NCBI GenBank assembly: GCA_008369845.1 | Contig: MRSU01000358.1 | Coordinates: forward strand, 1-64,000 | DNA: 64,000 nucleotides | Reading direction: 5' to 3' | Source: Trichomonas gallinae | Taxonomy: Eukaryota | In this document: positions 11,777 to 22,127 of the stretch, piece after piece | Layout: every line of letters starts with the position of its first letter | Position numbering within the stretch: position 1 is the stretch's first letter | Notes under the pieces: model-generated | What the model saw: only the letters and a program-made list of their open reading frames with translations | Told to the model about the DNA's origin: nothing | The model's database searches: none | Position numbers and translations under genes: made by a program

Positions 11777-14200
11777 ATGTTCATACATTTACTTGGCGTA
11801 CGCTCAGCAAAAGACTCTTTGACATGCAACCTCATGAATGGCCAGCACACCTTATATGGAAATACTGGTTACATCAATTTCACATGCAGCGGAATTGATA
11901 GCGATTCCGTTAAAGCTAAACTCGGAGGCTATTCAGCTACAGCTGCTGACTATACAATCAATGCTACAAACACATCTGCAACAAACTGGTCATTTACTTA
12001 TCCTGTTACAAACGTTACTTATGAAAAAGTTTCATTAGCTGTTATCAGCGGCGGTTCAGTTTCAAAGCATGCTGAAGTCACTGTTACAATTCTTGCAAAT
12101 CCAACATTATCTGCACTTTCCAAAGTTGATTCCACAAATCCAATCTATCCAACATCTGATTTGAAGTTCAAGACAACAATCTCAACAACAGTTGTTCCAT
12201 CAAATCCAAAGATCATGTATGCACTTTGCAATACATCATTGGGATGCACTAATTTTGAAGGTTTAGAAACAGTTGAAGTTAACCTCACAGCTGATAATGG
12301 AGCATATACATTCCCAGTTAAGATCCCAGAGACAACAAAGGCTGGTGAATACAAGATCATTGCTCAGTATATGGATCAAGTCAACCAATCATCAAACAAT
12401 GCAACAACTGAAGTCAACATCACTGTTGCTCCTCCAAAGATCGAATGCTCTGCTGTTGATGGAAAGGTCAACTTCGCATTCAACAGCTCCGCTGTCCAAG
12501 CTAAATGCACAGTTTATGGTAGCACATCAACAACATTCAAGGCTAGAGTCAATGTTACATCAACTACCGAGAGTGAATACAATTACACATGCACAGAATC
12601 AAGCGGTACTCTTACATGCAATTTCAGCAATAACACTGAAGACGCAGATATGATTTCTATTGCTGTTATCAATGCTACAGAAGTTAAGGCAGCTACTGAA
12701 CTCAAGTTCAACTTAGTCAAACCAACAGAGGCCGGCAATCTCTCTTTTGTTGGAAAGATGCCAAAGAGAATCTACAGAGGTGACAAGCTTCATTTCAATC
12801 TCACAGTCAGCTCACCAACAGTTACAGAAGTTTCTGGCAAGGCTCAGCTTGGTGATGCACCTCTCACAGCATTTACAAATGATGCCGTTACAGTTAAGGT
12901 ATCAAAGACAGATACAGAAGTCAGAACATTCGATTATATTGTTCCAGACACAGCCTCATATGCTAACCACACACTTACATTCCAGGTCACAAACTTAATC
13001 GGTCAGTCTTCAGAGATGTTATACATCAACTTCACAGTCATCGAGAAGCCAAAATTCGACTGCGTTATTCAAGGCAGCAAATATCTTAAGGCATCTGGAA
13101 ACATCACATTGAAGTGCGATGTTGCTGAACAGTTAAAGAACTTGTCTTACTTGATCAGCTTCAATGAGTCCGTTTACTTTGGAAACACAACACTCAACAA
13201 CAGCATGGTTACATTCTCTTATGAGAACCAGACAACAGAAGTTCCAATGATTTACGTTGGTGCTTTCCTTGAAGTAGATGATATGGTTGTCCACTCAGGA
13301 ATTGATGCTGCCATATTCCCAGAGCCAGTTATCGCTAATGTTGTCGATACAGCAGATAACACAACAATGTATATCGTTGGCAATGAAATCAAGCTCAATA
13401 TCACAAAGGAGAGATTCTATCTTTTAGAAAATGCTACTATCAAATACGCATTCCTTACTGCAATGAATGATACAGCATCCACAATGATCGCTGCAACATC
13501 CCAGCCAGTCAAGTCCGCTACAAATGAAAACGAATACATCCTCACAATTGTTGTTCCAGAGAGTGAGAAGAATGAAGGTAAGAGATACATCAAGTTAATG
13601 TTCACAGATTTGGCCGAGCAGTCTACAGAATTCACAACAAACTCAACAATCAGCTTGAGAAGAACAGTTTTCATGACTGAGTCCAAGATCGAGCATGCTG
13701 ATTCAAGCTCATCTGAGGAATCCAAGTATAAGAAGGGCGAGACTATCAAGATTACATTCACATTAACCAACTTGGAAACTGACTGGCAGTCTAAGATCCA
13801 ATTCGGTTATGTCTTCGGCGATAAGGATGGAAACTTGACAATGGTTGAGAACTACACAGTTGTCAAGTCATCCGCCAGAAAGGCTATGGATGATTCTACA
13901 CAGACAGTTTCTATGAAGATCAAGATCCCAGATGATTATGAGATCCCAGCTGATGGAAACACAACACTCTATGTTTATACACTCGACAAACAAGGAAACA
14001 AGATCTCTCCACCACTCTCACAACAGATCACATTCGATACAACAACTGACTCTGATACAACATCATCTAAAGGATTAAGTGGTGGTGCTATTGCTGGTAT
14101 TGTTATTGCTGTTATCGCTGTTATTGCTGGAAGTGTTGCTGGTGTTTTCTTCTTCATGAAAAACAGAAAAGGAAAAGTTTCTGGTGAAGTTATGCCATAA
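11777..14200 (+). CDS. Type I surface membrane glycoprotein with beta-sandwich-like repeats (adhesin/Bap-like)
   Basis: Short hydrophobic N-terminus. Thr/Ser/Val-rich ectodomain with many N-x-S/T sequons. TM segment GLSGGAIAGIVIAVIAVIAGSVAGVFFFM and a short basic tail. Inr-like TCATTTT just before the ATG at 11777. Confidence 0.85.
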   Translation: MFIHLLGVRSAKDSLTCNLMNGQHTLYGNTGYINFTCSGIDSDSVKAKLGGYSATAADYTINATNTSATNWSFTYPVTNVTYEKVSLAVISGGSVSKHAEVTVTILANPTLSALSKVDSTNPIYPTSDLKFKTTISTTVVPSNPKIMYALCNTSLGCTNFEGLETVEVNLTADNGAYTFPVKIPETTKAGEYKIIAQYMDQVNQSSNNATTEVNITVAPPKIECSAVDGKVNFAFNSSAVQAKCTVYGSTSTTFKARVNVTSTTESEYNYTCTESSGTLTCNFSNNTEDADMISIAVINATEVKAATELKFNLVKPTEAGNLSFVGKMPKRIYRGDKLHFNLTVSSPTVTEVSGKAQLGDAPLTAFTNDAVTVKVSKTDTEVRTFDYIVPDTASYANHTLTFQVTNLIGQSSEMLYINFTVIEKPKFDCVIQGSKYLKASGNITLKCDVAEQLKNLSYLISFNESVYFGNTTLNNSMVTFSYENQTTEVPMIYVGAFLEVDDMVVHSGIDAAIFPEPVIANVVDTADNTTMYIVGNEIKLNITKERFYLLENATIKYAFLTAMNDTASTMIAATSQPVKSATNENEYILTIVVPESEKNEGKRYIKLMFTDLAEQSTEFTTNSTISLRRTVFMTESKIEHADSSSSEESKYKKGETIKITFTLTNLETDWQSKIQFGYVFGDKDGNLTMVENYTVVKSSARKAMDDSTQTVSMKIKIPDDYEIPADGNTTLYVYTLDKQGNKISPPLSQQITFDTTTDSDTTSSKGLSGGAIAGIVIAVIAVIAGSVAGVFFFMKNRKGKVSGEVMP

Positions 14201-14304
14201 ATAAACTTATCTGATTTGAGTAAATATCTTTTTATTATTTAATTTGCATGAATATTATTTCAATCCAGACTTGGATAAACCAGTTCTTATCAGTTTTGGT
14301 CAAA

Positions 14305-14668
14305 CTCTCATGTCTTCCACTAATATCAGGAGATTTCCTGCCAAATCAAATCACGTGTATTGGATGTGAACTGATACAGACACAGTCGGCAAACAAACTT
14401 TTCATCATTTGAAAGAAACATATGAATTGCCTCTGTTTACGATAATGGCTATCGTCAATATCTGTTTGGGTACTGCAGTGTTTTGAGAAAAATCCGACAA
14501 GGTGATGGAGATTCAACTTTAGTCTATATGCTTTCGGAACTAGCTACAATCAGCAAGTGTTGTTTCTTCGCTAATTCAGGGAACGGGGAACTTTTTTATT
14601 CATTCCTAGGAACGGCCATTATCAGAGACTGTAAAATAGACAATTGCACCATATTTGCAAAATACTAA
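14305..14668 (+). pseudogene. 3' fragment of the same family as the 1382-2397 gene
   Basis: TISKCCFFANSGNGELFY...IIRDCKIDNCT matches TISKCCFFDDLGNGKLFY...IIKDCQIDNCT. Upstream frameshifted SSTN and TNFSSFE remnants are also present. Confidence 0.8.
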
Positions 14669-15213
14669 AATAATCATATTTAAGGGACAGAAGAAATAGT
14701 TAAGGTTATTTGTCACATTATATGATATGGTTATATAGGCAAATCATCTCTTTTAATAACTATATTCGAATCTTTAGTAGATATTAGAAAGAATTTATAG
14801 AATATAAACCATGTCGGCAACCCCAATTGTGCACGCATTTTTGCATAAAACACAGAATCCATTGAGAGAGACGTGATCATTGAGTGTGAATATGTTGCAC
14901 TTTGTGCGAAAACTTGTCTGCCTCGAAATCTTTGTTCTCATAGCCATCTTGGTGGAAGAATGGCATTTTAATTCTCTAGAGCCGCTCTGACTTGATGATA
15001 AATTCAATATATCGATTCAATATATAGTATATCTTCAATTAGTGCATCGTACACTGCGTGTGCATGAATATACACGTTGTCAATAAAATCTTCAGTTTTC
15101 TAAATTCAATGTGAGGTGAAAATTTTCCAAGCCAAATTATTATTCCATTGTTGTTGCATTCTTTTTACGTGAATATTGGCTGCATAAACATTAAAAAACT
15201 GACATTTTTAAAA

Positions 15214-15687
15214 ATGGTCGAGATCAGAGACGCGACAATTGATGATGTTGAGGATATTTACAATCTTGCTAAGGAACTTGCTGACTATGAGCATATGTTG
15301 GATCAAGTTACAGCAACAGTTGACGATTATAAAAAATCCATTTTCGAAAAGAAATATGCAAGAGCTCTGGTAATGAGAGCAGATGGAAAAACAATCGGAT
15401 ATGCTCTCTATTTTAACTCATTTTCTACATTTTTAGGCAAAGGTGGAATTTATCTCGAAGATATCTACGTAAAACCAGAATATAGAGGCCAGGGAACTGG
15501 AACAAAAGTTATCAAGTTTTTAGCTCAAAAATGCCTCGATGAGGGCTTAGGAAGACTTGAATGGGAATGTTTGGATTGGAACGAACCAAGTTTGAACTTC
15601 TACAAGAATCTCGGCGCTAAGGCACTCAAGGAGTGGGTACGTCTAAGAGTTGCTGGTGATGATCTTGTTAATCTTGCTAAAAATTAA
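15214..15687 (+). CDS. GNAT N-acetyltransferase, bacterial-type diamine/spermidine acetyltransferase (SSAT-like)
   Basis: ELADYE, FSTFLGKGGIYLEDIYVKPEYRGQGTG and LDWNEPSLNFY motifs. First ATG at 15214. Confidence 0.9.
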   Translation: MVEIRDATIDDVEDIYNLAKELADYEHMLDQVTATVDDYKKSIFEKKYARALVMRADGKTIGYALYFNSFSTFLGKGGIYLEDIYVKPEYRGQGTGTKVIKFLAQKCLDEGLGRLEWECLDWNEPSLNFYKNLGAKALKEWVRLRVAGDDLVNLAKN

Positions 15688-16119
15688 AATTTCGAAAGAC
15701 GGATTGTTCTTCAATTATGCTATATCATTTGATAGCACAACCATATAAATATATATTTATATTACAAATCATACAAAAGCATTTATAAATTTTTTTGATT
15801 AATAATTTTGGGTTTGTTCATGCTTAAAATTGTTAAAACGATGCTGTACCAATACATATAATGTCTTCTGATCTTGGATTTGTTGATTATCTTCGCTAAC
15901 AAGTAGCATGCAAAATGAAAGAAATATGGCAAGAAAATAGTATTATAAAGTTATTCAACTCGATAACAGATAATGCAGGAAAAATAACAATAGAATCATA
16001 ATTATTCGTTTGTCTGTTGATTATAATAGTAATATCATGCTCATGATAATATTTATTCATTAACTTCTTCATGAAATCAACAAAAGAATTGACTTTTAAT
16101 TGTAATCATTTAAATTACA

Positions 16120-16925
16120 TATTTGGAGCTGATTCATATCTCTTTGCCACTGTTGGAAAGCTATTCCAGATATCCCTAGCCAAATATCACCCAATTTTCG
16201 AAATCTAGAAAAAGACTTAGAATTTGTTGAAAAAAGCATGATGGACATGTTCTTTATGATAACGCAGTTCGGTTCAGATGATCCAATGGACATTCCTTTC
16301 CCAGAGATGGCGGAAAAAATCAAAATCGCTTCAGATTTGCTCACCTGCTTTGATATAGATGCACCACCATCAAATGAAGATGACAATTTATTAATCAACC
16401 ATTCGAAATTTTCATAAGAAGTCGTCGACAAACTCAATGAATGTATAATTGTCTGCAAGGAAGAAACGAGTGAGATCTTGTCAGTAAATTAAATGTGCGA
16501 AAACTTGCTCAACATCAAAATTGAAGAAGTTATAAATACAAAAATTCGAGAATTTTAGAAATTTTCACGATCGAAGACAAAAAACTTGTTTTCAATCATC
16601 CTTAAAACGGAAAGATTTATCTAGATGTAATATCACAAATTATATCATCAAGTAGAGAATTATTGACTTTGGATATTTGGCGATTTCAAAATTGGCAGAA
16701 ATCAACAAAATCAACAAAAATTAGAACGAAAACTTAATGATTCGTGTTGGAATTAACACAGGTGGACCAGTTGTAGCTGGAATAATAGGAACAGAGAAGC
16801 CATCATTCGAAACACTTGGCCCTGTTAGAAATAGATTTACGGACAACATTTTTGAAATCAAAGAGATGTGTGAAATTGAAATGAAAGGAGAGAAAATGCC
16901 ATCTTATTTAGTTGATCCATATTAA
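16120..16925 (+). pseudogene. Adenylate/guanylate cyclase pseudogene (internally deleted, in-frame stops)
   Basis: IRVGINTGGPVVAGIIGTEKPSFE...EIEMKG is a class III cyclase C-terminus with the catalytic segment missing. Upstream coding-like sequence is interrupted by stops. Confidence 0.8.
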
Positions 16926-17099
16926 TTTTGTCTATGATAATTTATATACAGAAATTTTCATATTTATAGAGTTTCATTCTTTATCTGTAGTCTTTTGTGT
17001 TATAGTTTATTTTATCAAAATGCAAGATTTTTTTTTTCAAAAACATTGAAGATAAAATATGCTGGCCTCCTTATTGAACAACACTAGAATATCAAGCTC

Positions 17100-17432
17100 A
17101 TATTTCTATCTAGCTCATTGGGAACATGCGCATACATCTCCAATACGAATACACATGTCTCAGCAACTTCTCATGGTGGTTATGCTGAAGTTGTTAAACT
17201 CTTCCTTTTAGTTCCTGGAATAGATGTCAATGCAAAAAACAATGACAACGAAACAGCTCTGATTCTATAAAAGGAAATCATTAAATTGTCAAATTGCTCC
17301 TAGCTGTACATGGAATAAATGCCAACTCAAAAGATAAATATGAGCAAACTCTGATTTGGGCTTCAAAAAAAGGCTATCATGAAGTTATCAAACTCCTACT
17401 CGCAAAACCTCGAATAGATGTCAACGCTATAT
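17100..17432 (+). pseudogene. Ankyrin repeat pseudogene
   Basis: GYAEVVKLFLLVPGIDVNAKNNDNETALI and LIWASKKGYHEVIKLLLAKPRIDVNA lie in disrupted frames. Confidence 0.8.
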
Positions 17433-17510
17433 CTTTATTAATATATAGTATCATTTTTAATATTTTTTGAAGGTCATCAATTATACAATAGATTCAAGAG
17501 TATGTATCTT

Positions 17511-17650
17511 CAGTGGGGTTTATAGTCATCACCGTTTTTATTGGAATTACCATGACTTAATTCCAAATTATAGAATTATTCCAAATTCACTTTATTCGAA
17601 TAAAGTCATGGTGATTCCAATAAAAACGGTGATGACTATGAACCTCAGTG
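17511..17650. mobile_element. 140-bp foldback/MITE-like element with ~48-bp inverted arms
   Basis: 17511-17558 pairs with 17603-17650 with one G/G mismatch and three G-T pairs. Ends are CAGTG...CAGTG, followed by TA on the right. Confidence 0.6.
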
Positions 17651-18371
17651 TAAATTAGTTTACAATTTACTTCATTATAGAAGATTATATGTCACTTTAA
17701 ATATTTTCTATTGAGCCGTATTGGTAAGTCCATCGAATTAACCAATTCGGCTCAAACCTATATATGTTATTCAATATTTTGCTCGTGTGTTAAATATGCT
17801 AATCTTTTATTTTGACTCGTATAAAAAAAAATTTCCACCTCAAAGGCCAAATTTAGATATTTGATTAGTTCAATTATTTTCATGTATATAAGACATTAAT
17901 TTACCATAGTTTCAAGCCATAAAAAATGAGAATTCTCCATTAAAATGCATTTATCACTTTTAAAAATCTGACATGTAAAGCAACGCAAGTCAAGAAACGA
18001 CTATTATTATATAATAAAAATTATATAACTATTACTGAATGAAACAACTAATAATATTATCGTTTTGATTTTTGACATGTAAACTATCTATTAAATGACA
18101 AAACAATATAAAAAAATGTTAAAATAGATTATATAGTTGTAGATGAACAAAACGACTTATATTCTTATTCTAATTTTTGACATGTAAACAACTTTTTATC
18201 CAAAACTGATTCATGGTAAAACATTGGGAAAAAGCAATAAAAGTGGAGATAAGCCCTAATATTGGAACTGTTGAGGCGTTATGATTAGATTCATTCAATT
18301 CAGAATTTTTGCCACCAAATTTTCTGAAAATTCTAAATTTAGTCTCAATTTTTTTTTTCTCAATTCAAATA

Positions 18372-19112
18372 ATGAATTTTACTAATCTTCAGGAGTTCCA
18401 GAAACGATGTGCTCTTGCGTTATGCAATATCCACAACCTGCAACACCGGGAACATCTACAGAAAATGATTGTTAAGATGAAAAGTCTAGAAGATCGCGCT
18501 CCATTTATGGGTGCTTATTCACTTCTATATAATCACAGCACAGCTGATTCTAATGAAGGTAGGGAGTGGAAAACAACACATAAACTGACTGTTGAAGAAT
18601 TATTAGATTTTTTTCGATATATCGATGAAAATTGGACAACTATTATAGGAAATAATACTACTGATTGTAAAATAAAAATAGCATTCAGAAATCTTAAAAA
18701 TGACGCTTTTTTATTTGATGCTTTCATCTCCATTTGTCTACAAAACTCCTACTACAGCGTACTGCTCAATAGCCTACAGATACATGAATATTCCAGACGA
18801 TCAAACCCCAGATTCCCTCAGATCTCAAAGGAAGATTTACAGACAATAAATAGCATATACACACAGGCGTATGAATTATTAAATAATGAAAGCTTACAGT
18901 CGGCAGCACAAGTCCTTAAAAACAACTTGAATGCTAAGTATATAATTTCTTGTGCGACTCCCTCTGGTAATACGCTTCTATTAGCCGTGGCATCTAATAA
19001 AGTAAAGATTGAAAACGATGGCCATTCAAGCCGCATCTATCCAAACTCAGGCCTCAAAGTTGATCTTGAATTTTCACATTTCGCTGGTGATTTTAACAAT
19101 TTTGTATTATAA
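18372..19112 (+). CDS. Hypothetical protein
   Basis: 246-aa ORF from the first ATG at 18372. No recognised domain. Confidence 0.65.
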   Translation: MNFTNLQEFQKRCALALCNIHNLQHREHLQKMIVKMKSLEDRAPFMGAYSLLYNHSTADSNEGREWKTTHKLTVEELLDFFRYIDENWTTIIGNNTTDCKIKIAFRNLKNDAFLFDAFISICLQNSYYSVLLNSLQIHEYSRRSNPRFPQISKEDLQTINSIYTQAYELLNNESLQSAAQVLKNNLNAKYIISCATPSGNTLLLAVASNKVKIENDGHSSRIYPNSGLKVDLEFSHFAGDFNNFVL

Positions 19113-19516
19113 TCGATTTATTTTGTTATTACTTGTATTACATAGTTCATTTTTTTACAATTTGAATTTGTTATTATGGGTAAGGTGCACACTATGCTGT
19201 CGTATTTGTATAATTTGGGCATGTTATTGTCAATAATTTGTTGGGTAAAAACTTTCTCAAGAAAATGAATTCAAATGAACAAATAAACATGAAAGATAAG
19301 ACATTATACTGGAAAATGTGATATATATTCGATTATTCTGACTCATAACCACAATTTTTCTTTTTCCAAGTGTTTAAAATAAATGAATGGTGATGATATT
19401 TCGAAATCGCCTTTCAATTTGACTCAAGCTATACAAATAGGCGTAGTTCCATATGCAAGATATATATCCATAGTGCTTTGATCCCTCCACTGTAGGATCC
19501 TATTTTGAAATTTTCT

Positions 19517-19700
19517 TCAAATTAAACCAAAATGAGAAGACATAACATAGCACTGTATTTCACGGCAAACATTCGAACAATTGGCGGCACATTATCAAAA
19601 ATTATACTTACTTAAGAAATATAGAATTCAAATGATCAAATTAAACTTGAAAAATAAGGCATAACGCTGTATATCACGGCAAACATTCGAACTATGGCGG
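19517..19700. repeat. Two-copy direct repeat upstream of the peroxidase gene
   Basis: CTGTATTTCACGGCAAACATTCGAAC..TGGCGG at ~19553-19587 and CTGTATATCACGGCAAACATTCGAAC.ATGGCGG at ~19667-19700. Both are preceded by TCAAATTAAAC. Confidence 0.8.
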
Positions 19701-19927
19701 AAGCAATGCCTGAATAAAAGCCATGGCTTCACCTTGCGAATTTTCTCAATCGATAAAAACATCACAAAAAATTCAATATAATTGATCGGAAAAATTTTAA
19801 TCGCTTGTCACTTTTACTTACATTTTAAAATTGATTTGGTTCAGTTTAATGCTTGTTATTTACTATGACGAGTAAGTTTTATTTGAGTGAATTTTTTTTA
19901 AAGTAAGTCATTTCATTTTTTAGAAAG

Positions 19928-20431
19928 ATGTCTGGCGAATCTATCTACGATTTCGTTGTTAAGAACAACAAGGGCGAAGACTTCAGCTTTGCCACACTCA
20001 AGGGTAAGGTCATCATGGTTGTTAACACAGCATCCAAATGCGGATTCACACCACAGTACAAGGACCTCGAAGCCATCTACAAGAAGCACAAGGATGCTGG
20101 CCTTGAAATCATTGCATTCCCTTGCAACCAGTTCATGTCTCAGGAGCCAGGTACTGATGAAGAAATTGCTTCATTCTGCTCATTAAACTATGGCGTTTCA
20201 TTCCCAATTATGAAGAAGATCGATGTCAATGGCGACAATGCTGCTCCAATCTACAAATTCTTGAAGTCTAAGGAAGGAGGCTTCCTTGGCTCTGGAATCA
20301 AATGGAACTTCACAAAGTTCTTGATCTCACGTGATGGCCAGAAGTTCAAGAGATACGCCCCAACAACAAACCCAACATCAATGGAGAAGGATATTGAAGA
20401 ATTCCTCAAGGAAGCTGCTCCAGCTCAATAA
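19928..20431 (+). CDS. gpx: Glutathione peroxidase family protein, Cys-type (probably thioredoxin-dependent)
   Basis: VNTASKCGFTPQY, AFPCNQF, FCSLNYGV and IKWNFTKFL motifs. Confidence 0.95.
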   Translation: MSGESIYDFVVKNNKGEDFSFATLKGKVIMVVNTASKCGFTPQYKDLEAIYKKHKDAGLEIIAFPCNQFMSQEPGTDEEIASFCSLNYGVSFPIMKKIDVNGDNAAPIYKFLKSKEGGFLGSGIKWNFTKFLISRDGQKFKRYAPTTNPTSMEKDIEEFLKEAAPAQ

Positions 20432-21231
20432 ATACTGTCTATTAATCAGATTAATTGCATATTTTTCTTCTTTTTATTTGAATTTGCCTAATACATATTT
20501 TTTGAAAATAACATTAACTGTAAAACTCAACTATAAAACTATTTATTGGAAAATATAAAAATATGAATAACAATTACAGCTGATCCGAGAAATCGTAAAA
20601 TAATGGCCATTAAATAACATTCAAAAGTGCTATAGACTGTTCGTCAATACAACATCTATACGACAGATATTAGTATACTATGAACAAATTTATTCAACAT
20701 TCAATTATTATTGATTATTTTCAATGTAAAGATATCTGCTCATTTCTAAGACGAATCTATTATGCTGTTGTCCTGTTGTTTCCATATATAAGTAGCTGAA
20801 TGTGAAAGAAAAATTTTGTAATGATGAAAAAATATAAATAAAAAGTGACAAAATTAATGAGTAACAGACAGGAATCATTTAGAGAACTTGATAACAAAGT
20901 GAAGCAATGCAGAGAAAATATTACAAATGAAACTAGATTTTGGAAAACATTTGGATTTACAATCCAAACGTTCGTTCAAGTCGATATTTTTGATGAAAAA
21001 AGCTTCAACAATAATAATCGAACAAACAACGGCGAATCTAACATAAATAATTCTAACGTATTAATTGTTTCTATTGGACCTAACATTTGTCACGAAATGA
21101 AATAATTGAATATTCAAAATCTTCAGATCTGTAATATTCCTCATCTTTTGTTTTCACTGTATGTTTTACAATAAACTGTTTATTAAAAAAACGTCGTACT
21201 TTCCCTCATAATTTTTTTTTTTAAAAAATAG

Positions 21232-21425
21232 AATAACTTTTCAATGATCAATTTTAGTTTGACAAAAGGATGTAGATTGTATGCTTATTCAATTAAAAAG
21301 ACAGAATCGCGATAAATCAAATCATAAAATTTAAATAACTTTTCAATGACCAGGATTATCTCTACAAAAGGGTATTAATTGTATGCTTCTCAATTATTAC
21401 CATAGATTGACGATAAGTCAATATC
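21232..21425. repeat. Diverged ~103-bp tandem duplication
   Basis: AATAACTTTTCAATGA...ACAAAAGG...ATTGTATGCTT...CAATTA...CGATAA occurs twice, at ~21232 and ~21335. Confidence 0.75.
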
Positions 21426-22020
21426 AATGTTCGATATTTGATTTCAATGTTCACCTCAAGGCATCAGTCTTTATATGGTTTTGGTTAGTGAGTTATCCAT
21501 TGTTTTTAGCAAAAAAGAATTATGCCTACAAATTTTAAATGCCAATTTAAATAAACCTATCAAAAAATCAGAAGTTATGAAAATTTGTGAAGAAAAAACG
21601 AATTTCTAAAGCAATCAATTTTATGTTAATATCATTTAACTCATTAAAATAAGCTAAGATAAAACTTTGGCAGAAATATCGTTAAATTTCTGCTCTGAAA
21701 GAAGAGTGTTCACCACAAAAGGTAACATATATATAAGAGGTTGGTGTGTAAAATCATATTTTTAGTTCCAAAGAATGACACAATCGACCAAAACAATGGA
21801 AAAATTTGAAAATGATCAACATTTTTCAATTTTGATGTGCAAATCATGTTATATGCATTACATGTATTCATTTAATACATTAAAAAATAAATATGACAGG
21901 ACATCGATTTTTAACCTTAAAAACTTGACAGGTGAACTAAGCATTCAACCGTCGTAAGAAATATTAAATATATACATCAAAAAATAGAATAAAATGTAAA
22001 ATAATTTTTTGGATCATCGA

Positions 22021-22112
22021 AAAAGTGACGACAGTCTCAGAAAATTGAGAACAGAAAAGTGACTGGCTACTCAGAAAGTTTGAAAGACCCAAAAAGTGAT
22101 GTAAAAAGTGGC
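22021..22112 (+). promoter_or_regulatory. Cluster of four AAAGTG(A/G)(C/T) motifs (Trichomonas AAAGTGAC-type upstream element) ahead of the glycosidase gene
   Basis: AAAGTGAC at 22022 and 22056, then AAAGTGAT and AAAGTGGC, all within 110 bp of the ATG. Confidence 0.6.
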
Positions 22113-22127
22113 AAATAAATAAAAGCA

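Noticed and set aside
19928..20431. Selenocysteine glutathione peroxidase
   Set aside because: The active-site codon is TGC (Cys) and there is no in-frame TGA.
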